From Bacteroidales bacterium (lineage in GTDB: Bacteria; Bacteroidota; Bacteroidia; Bacteroidales; UBA12077), in contig JAUWQL010000001.1 of the NCBI GenBank assembly GCA_030611105.1, forward strand, positions 5,531 to 69,530: a DNA stretch of 64,000 nt, read 5' to 3'. The stretch's first letter is position 1. The number at the start of each line of letters is the position of its first letter. The notes below the pieces were generated by a model. The model did not search any database, was not told where the DNA came from, and was given only the letters and a program-made list of their open reading frames with translations. The translations under genes were made by a program, and so were the position numbers. Shown piece by piece: positions 18,864-28,916 of the stretch.

Positions 18864-20231
18864 TTATATGCTTCTTTTCAGGAATTGACCTTTTCTATCT
18901 GAAACTAATTCACCTTTTTCAATAACTATTTCTCCATTTAAAATAACAAATTCCGTAGTTCCTTTGGTTTTGATTCCTTCGTAAATTTCCAAATCGCAAT
19001 TTTGATGATGATTTTCGACTGAAATAGTATTTTCTTTTTCAGGATTCCAGATAACTAAATCAGCATCTGAACCTACAGCTATTTCACCTTTTTGTGGATG
19101 TAAACCAAATATCTTTGCAGCTTGTGTTGATGTAATATCAATAAACTGATTCAAAGTGATTCTATTTTGTAAAACACCATAGGTGTAAAGCAATGTTATC
19201 CTGTGTTCAACACCACCTGCACCGTTTGGAATTTTTCTAAAATCATCAATTCCATTTTTCTTTTGTTCTAATGTAAATGGACAATGATCTGTTCCAATAG
19301 TTTTTACAATTCCTTTATTTATTGATTCCCAAAGAATATTCTGATCTTCCCTTTTGCGTAATGGCGGACTCATAACAAGCTTAGAAGTATCTTCAAAATC
19401 ACCAATGTATTTCGTATCATCCAGAATTAAATATTGCGGACAAGTTTCGGAATAAACCTGTTGTCCGGCTTTTTGAGCTTCTTCGATATATTTAACCGAT
19501 TTTCCTGCAGAAGTATGAACAATATATATCGTACAAGCAGCTTTTTTAGCCAACTCAATTGCTTTTTTTACTGCTTCTGATTCTGTATAATCCGGTCTTG
19601 AAACAGGATGAAATTCAGGGCTTAATTTGCCTTTTTCTGCAAGTGCGTTTCTTAACTCATCTATATTATCTCCCAATTCACAATGTAATGTTACAATGCC
19701 TCCTGCTTTGCCGACAACTTGCATTACTTTAAAAATATCATCATCATTTAAGCCAATGCTATCTTTATAAGCCATATAAACTTTAAAAGAAGTTATTCCG
19801 GCTTTTATACAATCCGTAATTTCTTGTTCAGTATTTTTTGTCCATTCAACCGGACTAACATGAAAAGAATAATCGCAAATGGAATTTTCAGCTTCCGTTT
19901 TTCTTTGGTTTAAAGCATCAATTAAGGTTTGGCCTTTTTGTGGAGTAACAAAATCTATTAGGGTAGTGGTTCCGCCAAAAAGCGCTGCTTTACTTCCCGA
20001 TTTAAAATCATCCGATGAATAACCTGCAGGTGTTGGAAGGTGCATATGAACATGAGGATCTATTCCTCCGGGGAAAATATAAAATCCTTTTGCATCAATG
20101 GTTTTATCTATTGGTTCGAGAATGTTTAACAATTCCTTAATTTGAACTATTTTACCATTCGAAATATAAATATCAGAGTTAAATGACTTCTTTGAAGTTA
20201 CAATGGCTCCATTTTTTATTAAAATGTTCAT
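18864..20231 (-). CDS. hyuA: dihydropyrimidinase / D-hydantoinase (HyuA-like cyclic amidohydrolase), intact copy
   Basis: 455 aa; GGIDPHVHM metal motif and SFKVYMAYK (carbamylated-Lys region). Confidence 0.87.
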   Translation of the reverse strand: MNILIKNGAIVTSKKSFNSDIYISNGKIVQIKELLNILEPIDKTIDAKGFYIFPGGIDPHVHMHLPTPAGYSSDDFKSGSKAALFGGTTTLIDFVTPQKGQTLIDALNQRKTEAENSICDYSFHVSPVEWTKNTEQEITDCIKAGITSFKVYMAYKDSIGLNDDDIFKVMQVVGKAGGIVTLHCELGDNIDELRNALAEKGKLSPEFHPVSRPDYTESEAVKKAIELAKKAACTIYIVHTSAGKSVKYIEEAQKAGQQVYSETCPQYLILDDTKYIGDFEDTSKLVMSPPLRKREDQNILWESINKGIVKTIGTDHCPFTLEQKKNGIDDFRKIPNGAGGVEHRITLLYTYGVLQNRITLNQFIDITSTQAAKIFGLHPQKGEIAVGSDADLVIWNPEKENTISVENHHQNCDLEIYEGIKTKGTTEFVILNGEIVIEKGELVSDRKGQFLKRSI

Positions 20232-20275
20232 ATGTAAATTTACTAATTCTTTTGAGACTATAATAAGCAGCTATA

Positions 20276-20344
20276 TGTCATTCCGGACGAAGTTCCGGAA
20301 TCTTTTATATGATGTCATAGATTCCTGCCTGCGCAGAAATGACA
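20276..20344. repeat. two GTCATTCC...GGAAT-type hairpin units
   Basis: TGTCATTCCGGACGAAGTTCCGGAATC and TGTCATAGATTCCTGCCTGCGCAGAAATGACA lie between the 3TM gene and hyuA. Confidence 0.55.
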
Positions 20345-20349
20345 CATTG

Positions 20350-20982
20350 TTATTTTGTTTTATCTAAAACCTTAACAAACATTCCATCCTGATTTTCTGT
20401 AAATCCTAATTTCTTTAGATATTTAGAATATTTTACGCTTCTACCGGAAGCTTTTACAATATCAAATCTGTCATCAATAAATTTTCTTCTTAAACGAAGA
20501 TAAATAAACCGGCCATTTTTAAAATCACGGTATTCCGGTACAACATAATCGAGTCCTACTTTTAGCACGTTGTTATCTTCTCTGTGTGCAAGAAATAAAC
20601 CTGCAACAGCTGTGTTTCTCAGAATAAAAAAACTTATGGTGTTCATTTCGGGTACATAAGTAAATCCAGGAAAGAACTTTTGTATTTCTTTGTTATGAAA
20701 TTTAAGAAAACGCAACAGATATTTATTATCTGCTCTGATTTCAAGTGTTTCGAATATTTCCTTTTTTGAATAAATAGTAAAAAGATAGTAAACATCAACA
20801 ATAACAATAAAGCCATTAAGAAATCCAACTGGTAAAGCACCAATAAGAAAACCATATGTTGAAAAAGTTATGGCTCCCGCTAAATTTATCCATCTGAATT
20901 TTACAATGGAATTCATTGTCATGGATAACGCAATGATTACTGAAGCAGCATAACCTATCCACTGAAGTATGTTTGTTTCCAT
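20350..20982 (-). CDS. 3-TM (YgjV / PQ-loop-like) membrane domain fused to a GNAT-like cytoplasmic domain, copy A
   Basis: 210 aa with three N-terminal helices. The C-terminal region has GLDYVVPEYRDFKNGRFIY and YLKKLGF, resembling GNAT motif A and the GNAT C-terminus. By-eye call. Confidence 0.5.
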   Translation of the reverse strand: METNILQWIGYAASVIIALSMTMNSIVKFRWINLAGAITFSTYGFLIGALPVGFLNGFIVIVDVYYLFTIYSKKEIFETLEIRADNKYLLRFLKFHNKEIQKFFPGFTYVPEMNTISFFILRNTAVAGLFLAHREDNNVLKVGLDYVVPEYRDFKNGRFIYLRLRRKFIDDRFDIVKASGRSVKYSKYLKKLGFTENQDGMFVKVLDKTK

Positions 20983-21085
20983 AATATTGTAAGATTAAAC
21001 TAATGTAAAAATAATCAATTATCACTTAATTTCCCCTTTTATAAAGGTGGGTGGTAGGGTTGATGAAAGTTAAACTAAATATATT

Positions 21086-21135
21086 TGTCATTCCCGCGAA
21101 CTTTTCTCAAGAGTGAAACGAATAACGCGGGAATC
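21086..21135. repeat. GTCATTCC-type hairpin unit
   Basis: TGTCATTCCCGCG ... CGCGGGAATC with a 27-nt loop. Confidence 0.5.
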
Positions 21136-21356
21136 TATTTAGTTTGAGATTCCTGATCTTCATTTCATTTCGTCATTAACGTTTATCTTCATGAACAAAG
21201 TAATTAATGACAGAATGTGAAATTGTTATTTCCATTAAAGTATAAATGATTATTCCCGACCATTTCAGCTTTTAATATGTCCGCTTCGCATTTTTTTCTA
21301 AAAAAAGAATACATACTTCTTTTATATTTGTTGCCCTGAACTAAAATTTTTAAAAG

Positions 21357-22154
21357 ATGAAGAAAATAAACTTTTTAATTTTTACAATTATTGTTATCCT
21401 ATTAGCAATGTTTGGTAAAGATTTATCTGCTCAAGAAACTGTAAGCGGAACAGTGAAATATAAGCAAACCACAAAGTTTGATTTCTCTAACAGACAGGGT
21501 ACTGGAAGAGATAGTCAACGATGGAAGGATTTTATGGCTTCTGTTCCAGACGAAGGGAATTTTTCTTATATACTTAATTTTTTAGATAATAAGGCTTTAT
21601 ATAAAGAAAATGATGCAGAACAAGAAGCACTAGATCCAGGTGTGCAAAGAGCTATGCATATTATGAGTATGACGTCACCTCCAAATGCAAAATTAATACA
21701 GGTATATTATAATATTGAAAAGAATAAAAAAATTGAGCTATTGGAACTTATGACCCGAAACTTTATTATAGAATCGGAGATTGACAGTAAAGCGTGGAAA
21801 ATAGGTACTGAAAGAAAAATGATTCTAGATTATGTGTGTATGAATGCTGAATTGAATACTGAAAATCAAGAAGTAAAAGTTTGGTTTACACCACAAATTC
21901 CTATATCAATTGGCCCAGATCGGTATACAGGTTTACCTGGATTAGTTTTAGCTGTTGAAAAAAATGGAGAAACTATTTTCTTAGCGACTGCGGTTGATTT
22001 AACTGTACCACAAAAAGTGGACGTAGCAAAGCCAAAAGATGGAAGCAAGGTTAGTCAAGAAGAGTTTGATAAAATCCTTGAAGAAAAAATAAAAGAATTT
22101 AAAGAGAATCCTAGAAGAAGAGGACAAGGTGGTAGACCAGGAGAACATAGATAA
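21357..22154 (+). CDS. GLPGLI family protein
   Basis: Signal peptide and the eponymous motif YTGLPGLVLAV. The stop overlaps the next ATG (TAATG). Confidence 0.8.
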   Translation: MKKINFLIFTIIVILLAMFGKDLSAQETVSGTVKYKQTTKFDFSNRQGTGRDSQRWKDFMASVPDEGNFSYILNFLDNKALYKENDAEQEALDPGVQRAMHIMSMTSPPNAKLIQVYYNIEKNKKIELLELMTRNFIIESEIDSKAWKIGTERKMILDYVCMNAELNTENQEVKVWFTPQIPISIGPDRYTGLPGLVLAVEKNGETIFLATAVDLTVPQKVDVAKPKDGSKVSQEEFDKILEEKIKEFKENPRRRGQGGRPGEHR

Positions 22155-24802
22155 TGAAAAAGCAACTATTTATATTAATACTAACTATAGGCCTATCATC
22201 ATTAGGCTTTTCTCAAAATTCGATAAAGGGCAGATTAATTAATGAAGCTGGCGAATCTTTGCCATATGCGACGGTAACAATGTTAAATCCTGGAGATTCA
22301 ACATTAAGATTTTTTGGTGTTACCAACAATAAAGGAATTTATCAGATCAAAAGCATTAAGAATGGTAATTATATTATGCAATTTTCATTTGTAGGAACGG
22401 AAATCGTATATGAAAATATTACTATTCCATCACCGAAAGGATATGATCTTGGTGATAAAATAATGAAGCCATCCTCAATAGAAGAAGTTATAGTTATTGG
22501 AGAATATGTCCCAATAGCCTTTAAAAGCGACACGGTAGAATTTAATGCAAAAGCATTCATAACTACACCCGATGCAGTTGTTGAAGATCTATTAAAGAAG
22601 ATTCCTGGTATTGAAGTTGATGAAACTGGCAATGTAAAAGCTTTAGGCGAGGATGTTACAAAAATATTAGTTGATGGAAAAGAGTTTTTTGGGAACGATA
22701 TCAAAGTAGCCACTAAAAACTTGCCTGCTAATGCAGTAGCAAAAGTTCAGGTTTATGACAAAAAATCGGAAGAAGCTGAATTTATGGGTATTGATGACGG
22801 TGACCGTGATAGAACAATAAATCTTTTATTGAATGAAGATAATAAAAGAGGATATTTTGGAGATGTGAAACTTGGCGGTGGAGTTGGAGGTGAAAATGGA
22901 GATCAGTCTCATTATAATGTATCAGCAAACATATACAGGTTTTCAAGTAAATTGCAAACAGCGGTTTTAGGAATGTATAACAATGTTAATGAATTTGGAT
23001 ATTCTGGAAGAAAACATGGTAATTTTGGACAACAAGTAAATGGTTTAAATACAACAGGTGCAGGTGGTTTAAATCTTTCCTATAATGCTTCCAAAATTAA
23101 CAGATACTTTGTAAGCTATTTGGGAAGATCAACGAATACCATATTAGAACAAGTAAGATTAACTCAGAATTTTTCGGATATTGGAAACTACGATCAAGAT
23201 CTAGAGCTTGAGGAGGATGAAAATGACGCACCACATACAATCAATTTTGGTGTTCGTCATAATTTTAACAAAAACCATAAACTTACACTTGATGGAGATG
23301 TTGAAATTGCATCTAATGATTTATTAAGTCAGGGAAATACACTAACAAGTGTTGATGGGATTAATATTAGTAGTTTGAGTAATGAATCTCATATTTATAC
23401 ATACGATATTAATGCAATTGCAAAGGCGGTTTATATTGCTAAGTTTAATAGCGGTAAAACACATATAAAAACGAATATTTATGGTTTATACGAGAAAGAT
23501 TCTGAAGATAATGCCTGGGAAAATATAACAACAATATTTGGTTTTCCTGATTCTACTGATTATTTAGATCAATATCAAAATAATGATACAGAAAAATTAA
23601 CATTATCGGCAAATCCAACCTTAGTACAACAAATAAAAAAGTTTTGGTATTTAAATGTTAATGTTAATGTTGGAATGACAAACGAGACGCTAGATCGTAT
23701 CCATGGAAATAATTTGGATAATACAATTGTTGATTCAGTTGGCGCTAATTTTAATACTAATGCAAGCTTTGTTCGCCCCGGAGTATCTATTAGTAGAAAT
23801 ACTTCTAAATCGCAAATTAATTTAACTTTAGGTGTAGGATTTGATCAGCTAGAGAAGAATTTAGGAGGAGTTGACCATAGATCTAAATCTTATTTTAATT
23901 TCCTTCCAAGTTTTAGTTATTCAAGTCAATACAATAAAGGGAAATGGCTAAGACTACGTTATTCTTCCAGTGTTAATATGCCTTCAGTAAGCCAACTGTT
24001 GCCAGTTACAAACACAATTAATCCTTTATCCTGGTATGAGGGTAACTCTGAACTTATTCCTGAAGTTAGACATAGTTTAAATTTGAATTGGTCCATATTT
24101 GATCAGTTTTCTTTTACTTCATTCTTTGCACGTGTTGGTGGTAGCTACACAATGAATAAAATTGGGATAGAGCAAACTACAAATGCTGATTTTACTAGGT
24201 TGATTACTCCAGTTAATGTACCATATAATTATAATCTCAATTCTGTTATTTATTTTTCAACCCCAATCAGAAAACTGGGTGTGAATTTAAATGCTAACTG
24301 GCATGAATCATGGAGTAAAGGAATTAGTATTGTAAATTTAATTGATAATATTAATACTAATTTTACACATTCCTTAAAATTAAGTTTCGAGAACAGACGA
24401 AAAGAAAAGTGGAATGTACTTATTGGAGGATCTATTAGTTTAACCGACTCAGAGTATTCTATTGCCGAATCAATGAATAATATTTATTATAATACAAGCT
24501 ATTTTGGAGAGTTGCGATTTACGCCAAGCAAAAAATTTAGTATAGAGACAAAGGCCAATATGGTAGATTATAACTCGGAAAGTTTTGATGAGTCAATAAG
24601 TATTCCACTTGTAAGTGTACGATTAAGTTATTATTTTATGAGAGGAGAGAAAGCAAGTTTAACACTTAGCGGATCAGATTTATTAGATAAAAGTCAGAAT
24701 ATTAAGCAGGTAAGCGAAGCCAATTATCTTATGCAGCAAACTAGTAATACAATTGGTAGACTAATAATGCTTACTTTTAAAATGAAAATAGCAGCAAAAT
24801 AA
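22154..24802 (+). CDS. outer-membrane beta-barrel protein with CarboxypepD_reg-like N-terminal domain (TonB-dependent-receptor-like)
   Basis: 882 aa; signal peptide, SIKGRLINEAGESLPYATV N-terminal domain, plug-like DLLKKIPGIEVD, and a beta-rich remainder. Confidence 0.7.
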   Translation: MKKQLFILILTIGLSSLGFSQNSIKGRLINEAGESLPYATVTMLNPGDSTLRFFGVTNNKGIYQIKSIKNGNYIMQFSFVGTEIVYENITIPSPKGYDLGDKIMKPSSIEEVIVIGEYVPIAFKSDTVEFNAKAFITTPDAVVEDLLKKIPGIEVDETGNVKALGEDVTKILVDGKEFFGNDIKVATKNLPANAVAKVQVYDKKSEEAEFMGIDDGDRDRTINLLLNEDNKRGYFGDVKLGGGVGGENGDQSHYNVSANIYRFSSKLQTAVLGMYNNVNEFGYSGRKHGNFGQQVNGLNTTGAGGLNLSYNASKINRYFVSYLGRSTNTILEQVRLTQNFSDIGNYDQDLELEEDENDAPHTINFGVRHNFNKNHKLTLDGDVEIASNDLLSQGNTLTSVDGINISSLSNESHIYTYDINAIAKAVYIAKFNSGKTHIKTNIYGLYEKDSEDNAWENITTIFGFPDSTDYLDQYQNNDTEKLTLSANPTLVQQIKKFWYLNVNVNVGMTNETLDRIHGNNLDNTIVDSVGANFNTNASFVRPGVSISRNTSKSQINLTLGVGFDQLEKNLGGVDHRSKSYFNFLPSFSYSSQYNKGKWLRLRYSSSVNMPSVSQLLPVTNTINPLSWYEGNSELIPEVRHSLNLNWSIFDQFSFTSFFARVGGSYTMNKIGIEQTTNADFTRLITPVNVPYNYNLNSVIYFSTPIRKLGVNLNANWHESWSKGISIVNLIDNINTNFTHSLKLSFENRRKEKWNVLIGGSISLTDSEYSIAESMNNIYYNTSYFGELRFTPSKKFSIETKANMVDYNSESFDESISIPLVSVRLSYYFMRGEKASLTLSGSDLLDKSQNIKQVSEANYLMQQTSNTIGRLIMLTFKMKIAAK

Positions 24803-24811
24803 ATTTAAAGC

Positions 24812-25858
24812 ATGGATAAAATAAAGAAATATTCTTTTTGGATAATTATTGTTTCTGCAATAATAGTTACCATATTATTTAATATTAGAAGTTTTGGACA
24901 TGTTAAGGAAATGCTCGAATCATCAAGATTTAGGGAGATGCCCGATAAAGGAATGATTCGGGTATATTTCCTGGTTTATACTTCTATTTTTCAATTTCTT
25001 ACTTTTTCCATTTTAGCTTTATTAAATTTTTCATGGAAGGAAAAAGTTGTAAACTTTGGCTATTCTAAATCCTCTAAAACATTTCTAATAATTCTTATTA
25101 ATATATTTATTTACTCACTAATTGTGATAATAGAATATACAGTTTTTGGTTTCTATTTTGATTTTAGAAGACCCATGTCTACTGACTATTTTATTTTTGC
25201 TAATATCGCTGTGGCATTGATGGCTATTGCAGAAGCTTATTTTTTATTATTATTAGGGAAAGTTAAAACATCGGAATTAGAGAATATTAAATTGAGAGAA
25301 GATAAAACAATTGCTGAACTGGCTGCTTTAAAAGATCAAATCAGTCCTCATTTCTTTTTCAATACATTAAGTTCTTTAAGTACAATTGTTCGAAATGAGA
25401 ACAAAGAAGTAGGCCTTGAGTTTATTCAGGATATGTCGAAAATATATCATTATTCTTTATCAAGTGGACAACAAGATTTAGTGAGCCTGAAAGAAGAACT
25501 TGATTTTATTCAATCGTATATTTTTTTATTGAAAAAACGCTTCGGTAAAAAATTGATGATTAAAATTGATGTTTCTGATATTTTAAATCAATCAAAAATT
25601 CCGCCAATGTCATTGCAATTGCTTATAGAAAACGCCATTCAGCACAATGTCATAACACAGGCTTCTCCCTTGTCAGTAAAAATATTTATCAAAGGAAATA
25701 TGATTTGCGTGGAGAATAATCTGCAAAAGAAAGATACAGCAGACAGCTTTGGAATTGGTCTTAAAAATTTAACGAATCGCTATCGATTATTAGCACAAAA
25801 GGGTGTTGTTATTGAGAAAGATGAACTAATTTTTAGTGTATCTTTACCTTTAATATGA
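24812..25858 (+). CDS. LytS/YehU-type sensor histidine kinase
   Basis: Membrane N-terminal half, then QISPHFFFNTL (the His_kinase PF06580-type H-box) and an HATPase N-box LLIENAIQHN. Confidence 0.8.
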   Translation: MDKIKKYSFWIIIVSAIIVTILFNIRSFGHVKEMLESSRFREMPDKGMIRVYFLVYTSIFQFLTFSILALLNFSWKEKVVNFGYSKSSKTFLIILINIFIYSLIVIIEYTVFGFYFDFRRPMSTDYFIFANIAVALMAIAEAYFLLLLGKVKTSELENIKLREDKTIAELAALKDQISPHFFFNTLSSLSTIVRNENKEVGLEFIQDMSKIYHYSLSSGQQDLVSLKEELDFIQSYIFLLKKRFGKKLMIKIDVSDILNQSKIPPMSLQLLIENAIQHNVITQASPLSVKIFIKGNMICVENNLQKKDTADSFGIGLKNLTNRYRLLAQKGVVIEKDELIFSVSLPLI

Positions 25859-26625
25859 GAGTTTTAATCATAGAAGATGAATATGGAGTAGCTCAAAATC
25901 TTTGCGATATTTTGTATGAAATTGAACCAGAAATTGAGATATTAGCTATTTTAGAAACAATAAAAGATGCTGTTGAATGGATAATGACTAATCCAAAGCC
26001 CGATTTAGGTTTCTTTGATATTCGAATTGCCGATGGCCATTCGTTTGAGATTTTTGAAAGAACTCCAGTTGATTTTCCTATCATATTTACTACTGCTTAT
26101 GATGAATATGCCCTCCAAGCATTTAAAGTAAATAGCATTGATTACCTAATGAAACCTATTGAAAAAGATTCATTGATATCTGCTTTAGATAAATATGAAT
26201 CTATATATAAAAGAGATGAAGTTACTGATAACGAAAACTTATTGAAGATTATACATGAATTACACTTGGGAGAGCAAAAAAAGTATAAGAAAAGTTTCCT
26301 TGTTTATTTTAGGGATAAGATTATTCCAATTACGGTTGAGGATATCTCTTATTTTTATTTAGAAGATGAAATAGTTTATTGTATTACACATAAAAATGAT
26401 AAATATACGATTGATCTATCCTTAGATAAAATCAATAAAAAAATAAATCCTGAAGATTTTTTCAGAGCAAACCGGCAATTCATAGTTTCTCGTACATCTA
26501 TTAAATCGGCACTTACATATTTTCATCGAAAACTCAAGCTGGAGCTTAATCCTGCTCTTTTAAAAGAGGTACTAATAAGTAAACCGAAAGTTTCCGAATT
26601 CAAAAAATGGTTGGCCGGGAATTAA
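25855..26625 (+). CDS. LytTR-family response regulator
   Basis: Receiver domain (LIIEDE ... FFDIRIADG ... YLMKP) plus a C-terminal LytTR-like domain. Overlaps the kinase gene by 4 nt. Confidence 0.87.
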   Translation: MRVLIIEDEYGVAQNLCDILYEIEPEIEILAILETIKDAVEWIMTNPKPDLGFFDIRIADGHSFEIFERTPVDFPIIFTTAYDEYALQAFKVNSIDYLMKPIEKDSLISALDKYESIYKRDEVTDNENLLKIIHELHLGEQKKYKKSFLVYFRDKIIPITVEDISYFYLEDEIVYCITHKNDKYTIDLSLDKINKKINPEDFFRANRQFIVSRTSIKSALTYFHRKLKLELNPALLKEVLISKPKVSEFKKWLAGN

Positions 26626-26697
26626 ATATGGATAAAAGAATTTAGAGATTCATTATCGTTTTGACTAAAAACCTAGAAACCGTTTGGTTGGCTAGGC

Positions 26698-27272
26698 TTA
26701 CAATTTATAGACATTGTTAGCATTTTTATTATTTTTAATTCTTTTAAAAAGACTTTGCACAATCTTATTTAAATACACTTTTGATTCAATGCATTCAAAT
26801 TCCAGCTCATTTGGTAGTTCTGAAAACAATGGAGTACCGCCACACCTAACAAAATTGGAATGGTTGTAATTACCAAGTTGTCAATTAAATCTTCCTTTAA
26901 AAATTCTTGAATTGTTGTACCGCCATCAATGTAAAGTCGATGACAACCTTTTTGATGGATTTGTTCTAATATCTCAGTTAAAGTTCCCTTAATAAGGTAG
27001 GCTTTATCTTTATAATCTTTAGGTATTTCCTTTAAAGTATTACTTAATACAAATAGTGGTTTTTCATAAGGCCAATCCATATCAAAACCACAAATTGTTT
27101 CGAAAGTTGTGCGCCCCATGACAAGCGCATCTATTTGTGATATAAATTCACCATAACCCATGTCTATATTATCAGGATTTGGGATTGAATGAAGCCAGTC
27201 GATTCCTCCATTTTTATCCGCAATATAGCCATCTAGACTTGTTGCAATAAATACACTATTTCTCTTTTCCAT
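26698..27272 (-). pseudogene. RibD-C / dihydrofolate-reductase-like family gene with a 1-nt frameshift near the 3' end
   Basis: The N-terminal 143 aa (IATSLDGYIA...IDGGTTIQEFLKEDLIDNLVITTIPILLG) are family-typical. The expected continuation GTPLFSELPNELEFECIESKVYLNKIVQS is in another frame from about 26836-26846 and runs to a stop at 26698. Confidence 0.6.
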
Positions 27273-27388
27273 TTTATTAATTCAATTGTATTTTATGAAT
27301 GCCAACCTCCTGATAATGACAAGTGGTTATAGGGTGTAATTATTCGTTTATTTCATATGAAGGTTACCACACAAGCAGATCTCTCTTT

Positions 27389-28761
27389 TTAATTATATAC
27401 AGATCTTTCTAAAAACCTACCTTTATTTTCTAAAACTAATTCTCCATTTTCAACAACAATCTCTCCATTTAAAATAACAAATTCCGTAGTTCCTTTGGTT
27501 TTGATTCCTTCATAAATTTCCAAATCGCAATTTTGATGATGATTTTCGACTGAAATAGTATTTTCTTTTTCAGGATTCCAGATAACTAAATCAGCATCTG
27601 AACCTATTGCTATTTCACCTTTTTGTGGATATAAACCAAATATCTTTGCTGCATTTGTTGCAGTAATATCAATAAACTGATTCAAGGTGATTCTGTTTTG
27701 TAAAACACCATAGGTGTAAAGCAATATCATCCTGTGTTCAACACCACTTGCACCGTTTGGAATTTTTCTAAAATCAGTAATCCCTGTTTTCTTTTGTTCT
27801 AATGTAAATGGACAATGATCTGTACCAACTGTTTTAACAACACCCTTTTTTATTGATTCCCAAAGCACTTCCTGATCTTCTTTTTTACGCAAAGGCGGAC
27901 TTATAACAAAAGGAGCAGTGTCTTCAAATTCGCCTGTATATTTAGAGTCATCTAATAACAAGTACTGTGGACAAGTTTCGGAATAAACCTTTTGTCCTGC
28001 TTTTTGAGCTTCTTCTATATATTTAATTGAATCTCCAGTGGATGTATGAACAATATATATTGAGCAACTGGCTTTTTTAGCCATTTCAATAGCATTTTTA
28101 ACAGCTTCTGATTCGGTGTGTGTTGGTCGTGAAACAGGATGAAATTCAGGACTTAAATTCCCATTCCCGGCAAGTTCATTTCTCAGCTCATCAATTTTAT
28201 CTCCTGTTTCACAATGTAATGTTACAATGCCTCCTGCTTTTCCGACAACTTGCATTACTTTAAAAATGTCATCATCATTTAAGCCAATGCTATCTTTATA
28301 AGCCATATAAACCTTAAAAGAAGTTATTCCGGCTTTTACACACTCCTTAATTTCTTGCTCTGTTGTATTCGTCCATTCAACGGGACTAACATGAAAAGAA
28401 TAATCGCAAATGGAATTTTCAGTTTCCGTTTTTCTTTGGTTTAAAGCATCAATTAAGGTTTGGCCTTTTTGTGGAGTAACAAAATCTATTAGGGTAGTGG
28501 TTCCGCCAAAAAGCGCTGCTTTGCTTCCCGATTTAAAATCATCCGATGAATAACCTGCAGGTGTTGGAAGGTGCATATGAACATGAGGATCTATTCCTCC
28601 GGGAAAAATATAGAAACCTTTGGCATCAATTGTTTTATCAATAGACTCATAGATATTTAATGAATTACCATTTGGACAATTTTATTATTGGAAATATAAA
28701 TATCAGAACTGAAAGTTCGATTTGAAGTAACAATAGTACCGTTTTTGATTAAAATGCTCAT
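27389..28761 (-). pseudogene. second hyuA-like dihydropyrimidinase copy, frameshifted after codon 30
   Basis: ATG at 28761 gives MSILIKNGTIVTSNRTFSSDIYISNNKIVQMVIH and then a TAA at 28657-28659. The rest (GNSLNIYESIDKTIDAKGFYIFPGGIDPHVHMHLP...) continues in another frame. This stretch is 59 nt versus 60 nt in copy A. Confidence 0.7.
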
Positions 28762-28801
28762 GTGTAAATGTACTAATTCTTTTGTAGTATAAAATGCTGC
28801 T

Positions 28802-28911
28802 TGTCATTCCGGGCATCCCGATAGCTATAGGGACAGGAATCTGTAATTAAATCTCTAAATAGATTATTCCCTTTGGTCATGAGAAAAGTTCCTGCCTGCG
28901 CAGGAATGACA
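28802..28911. repeat. GTCATTCC...GGAATGACA hairpin-repeat cassette
   Basis: TGTCATTCCGGGCATCCCGATAGCTATAGGGACAGGAATC ... TTCCTGCCTGCGCAGGAATGACA. Same intergenic position as 20276-20344, but with different internal content. Confidence 0.55.
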
Positions 28912-28916
28912 ATTTG

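Larger units (their letters stand above)
18890..20988. repeat. segmental duplication, copy A (hyuA plus the 3TM-GNAT-like gene)
   Basis: Collinear with 27417-29555. Some stretches are near-identical, e.g. 19960-20070 versus 28480-28590; others are clearly diverged. Confidence 0.85.
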
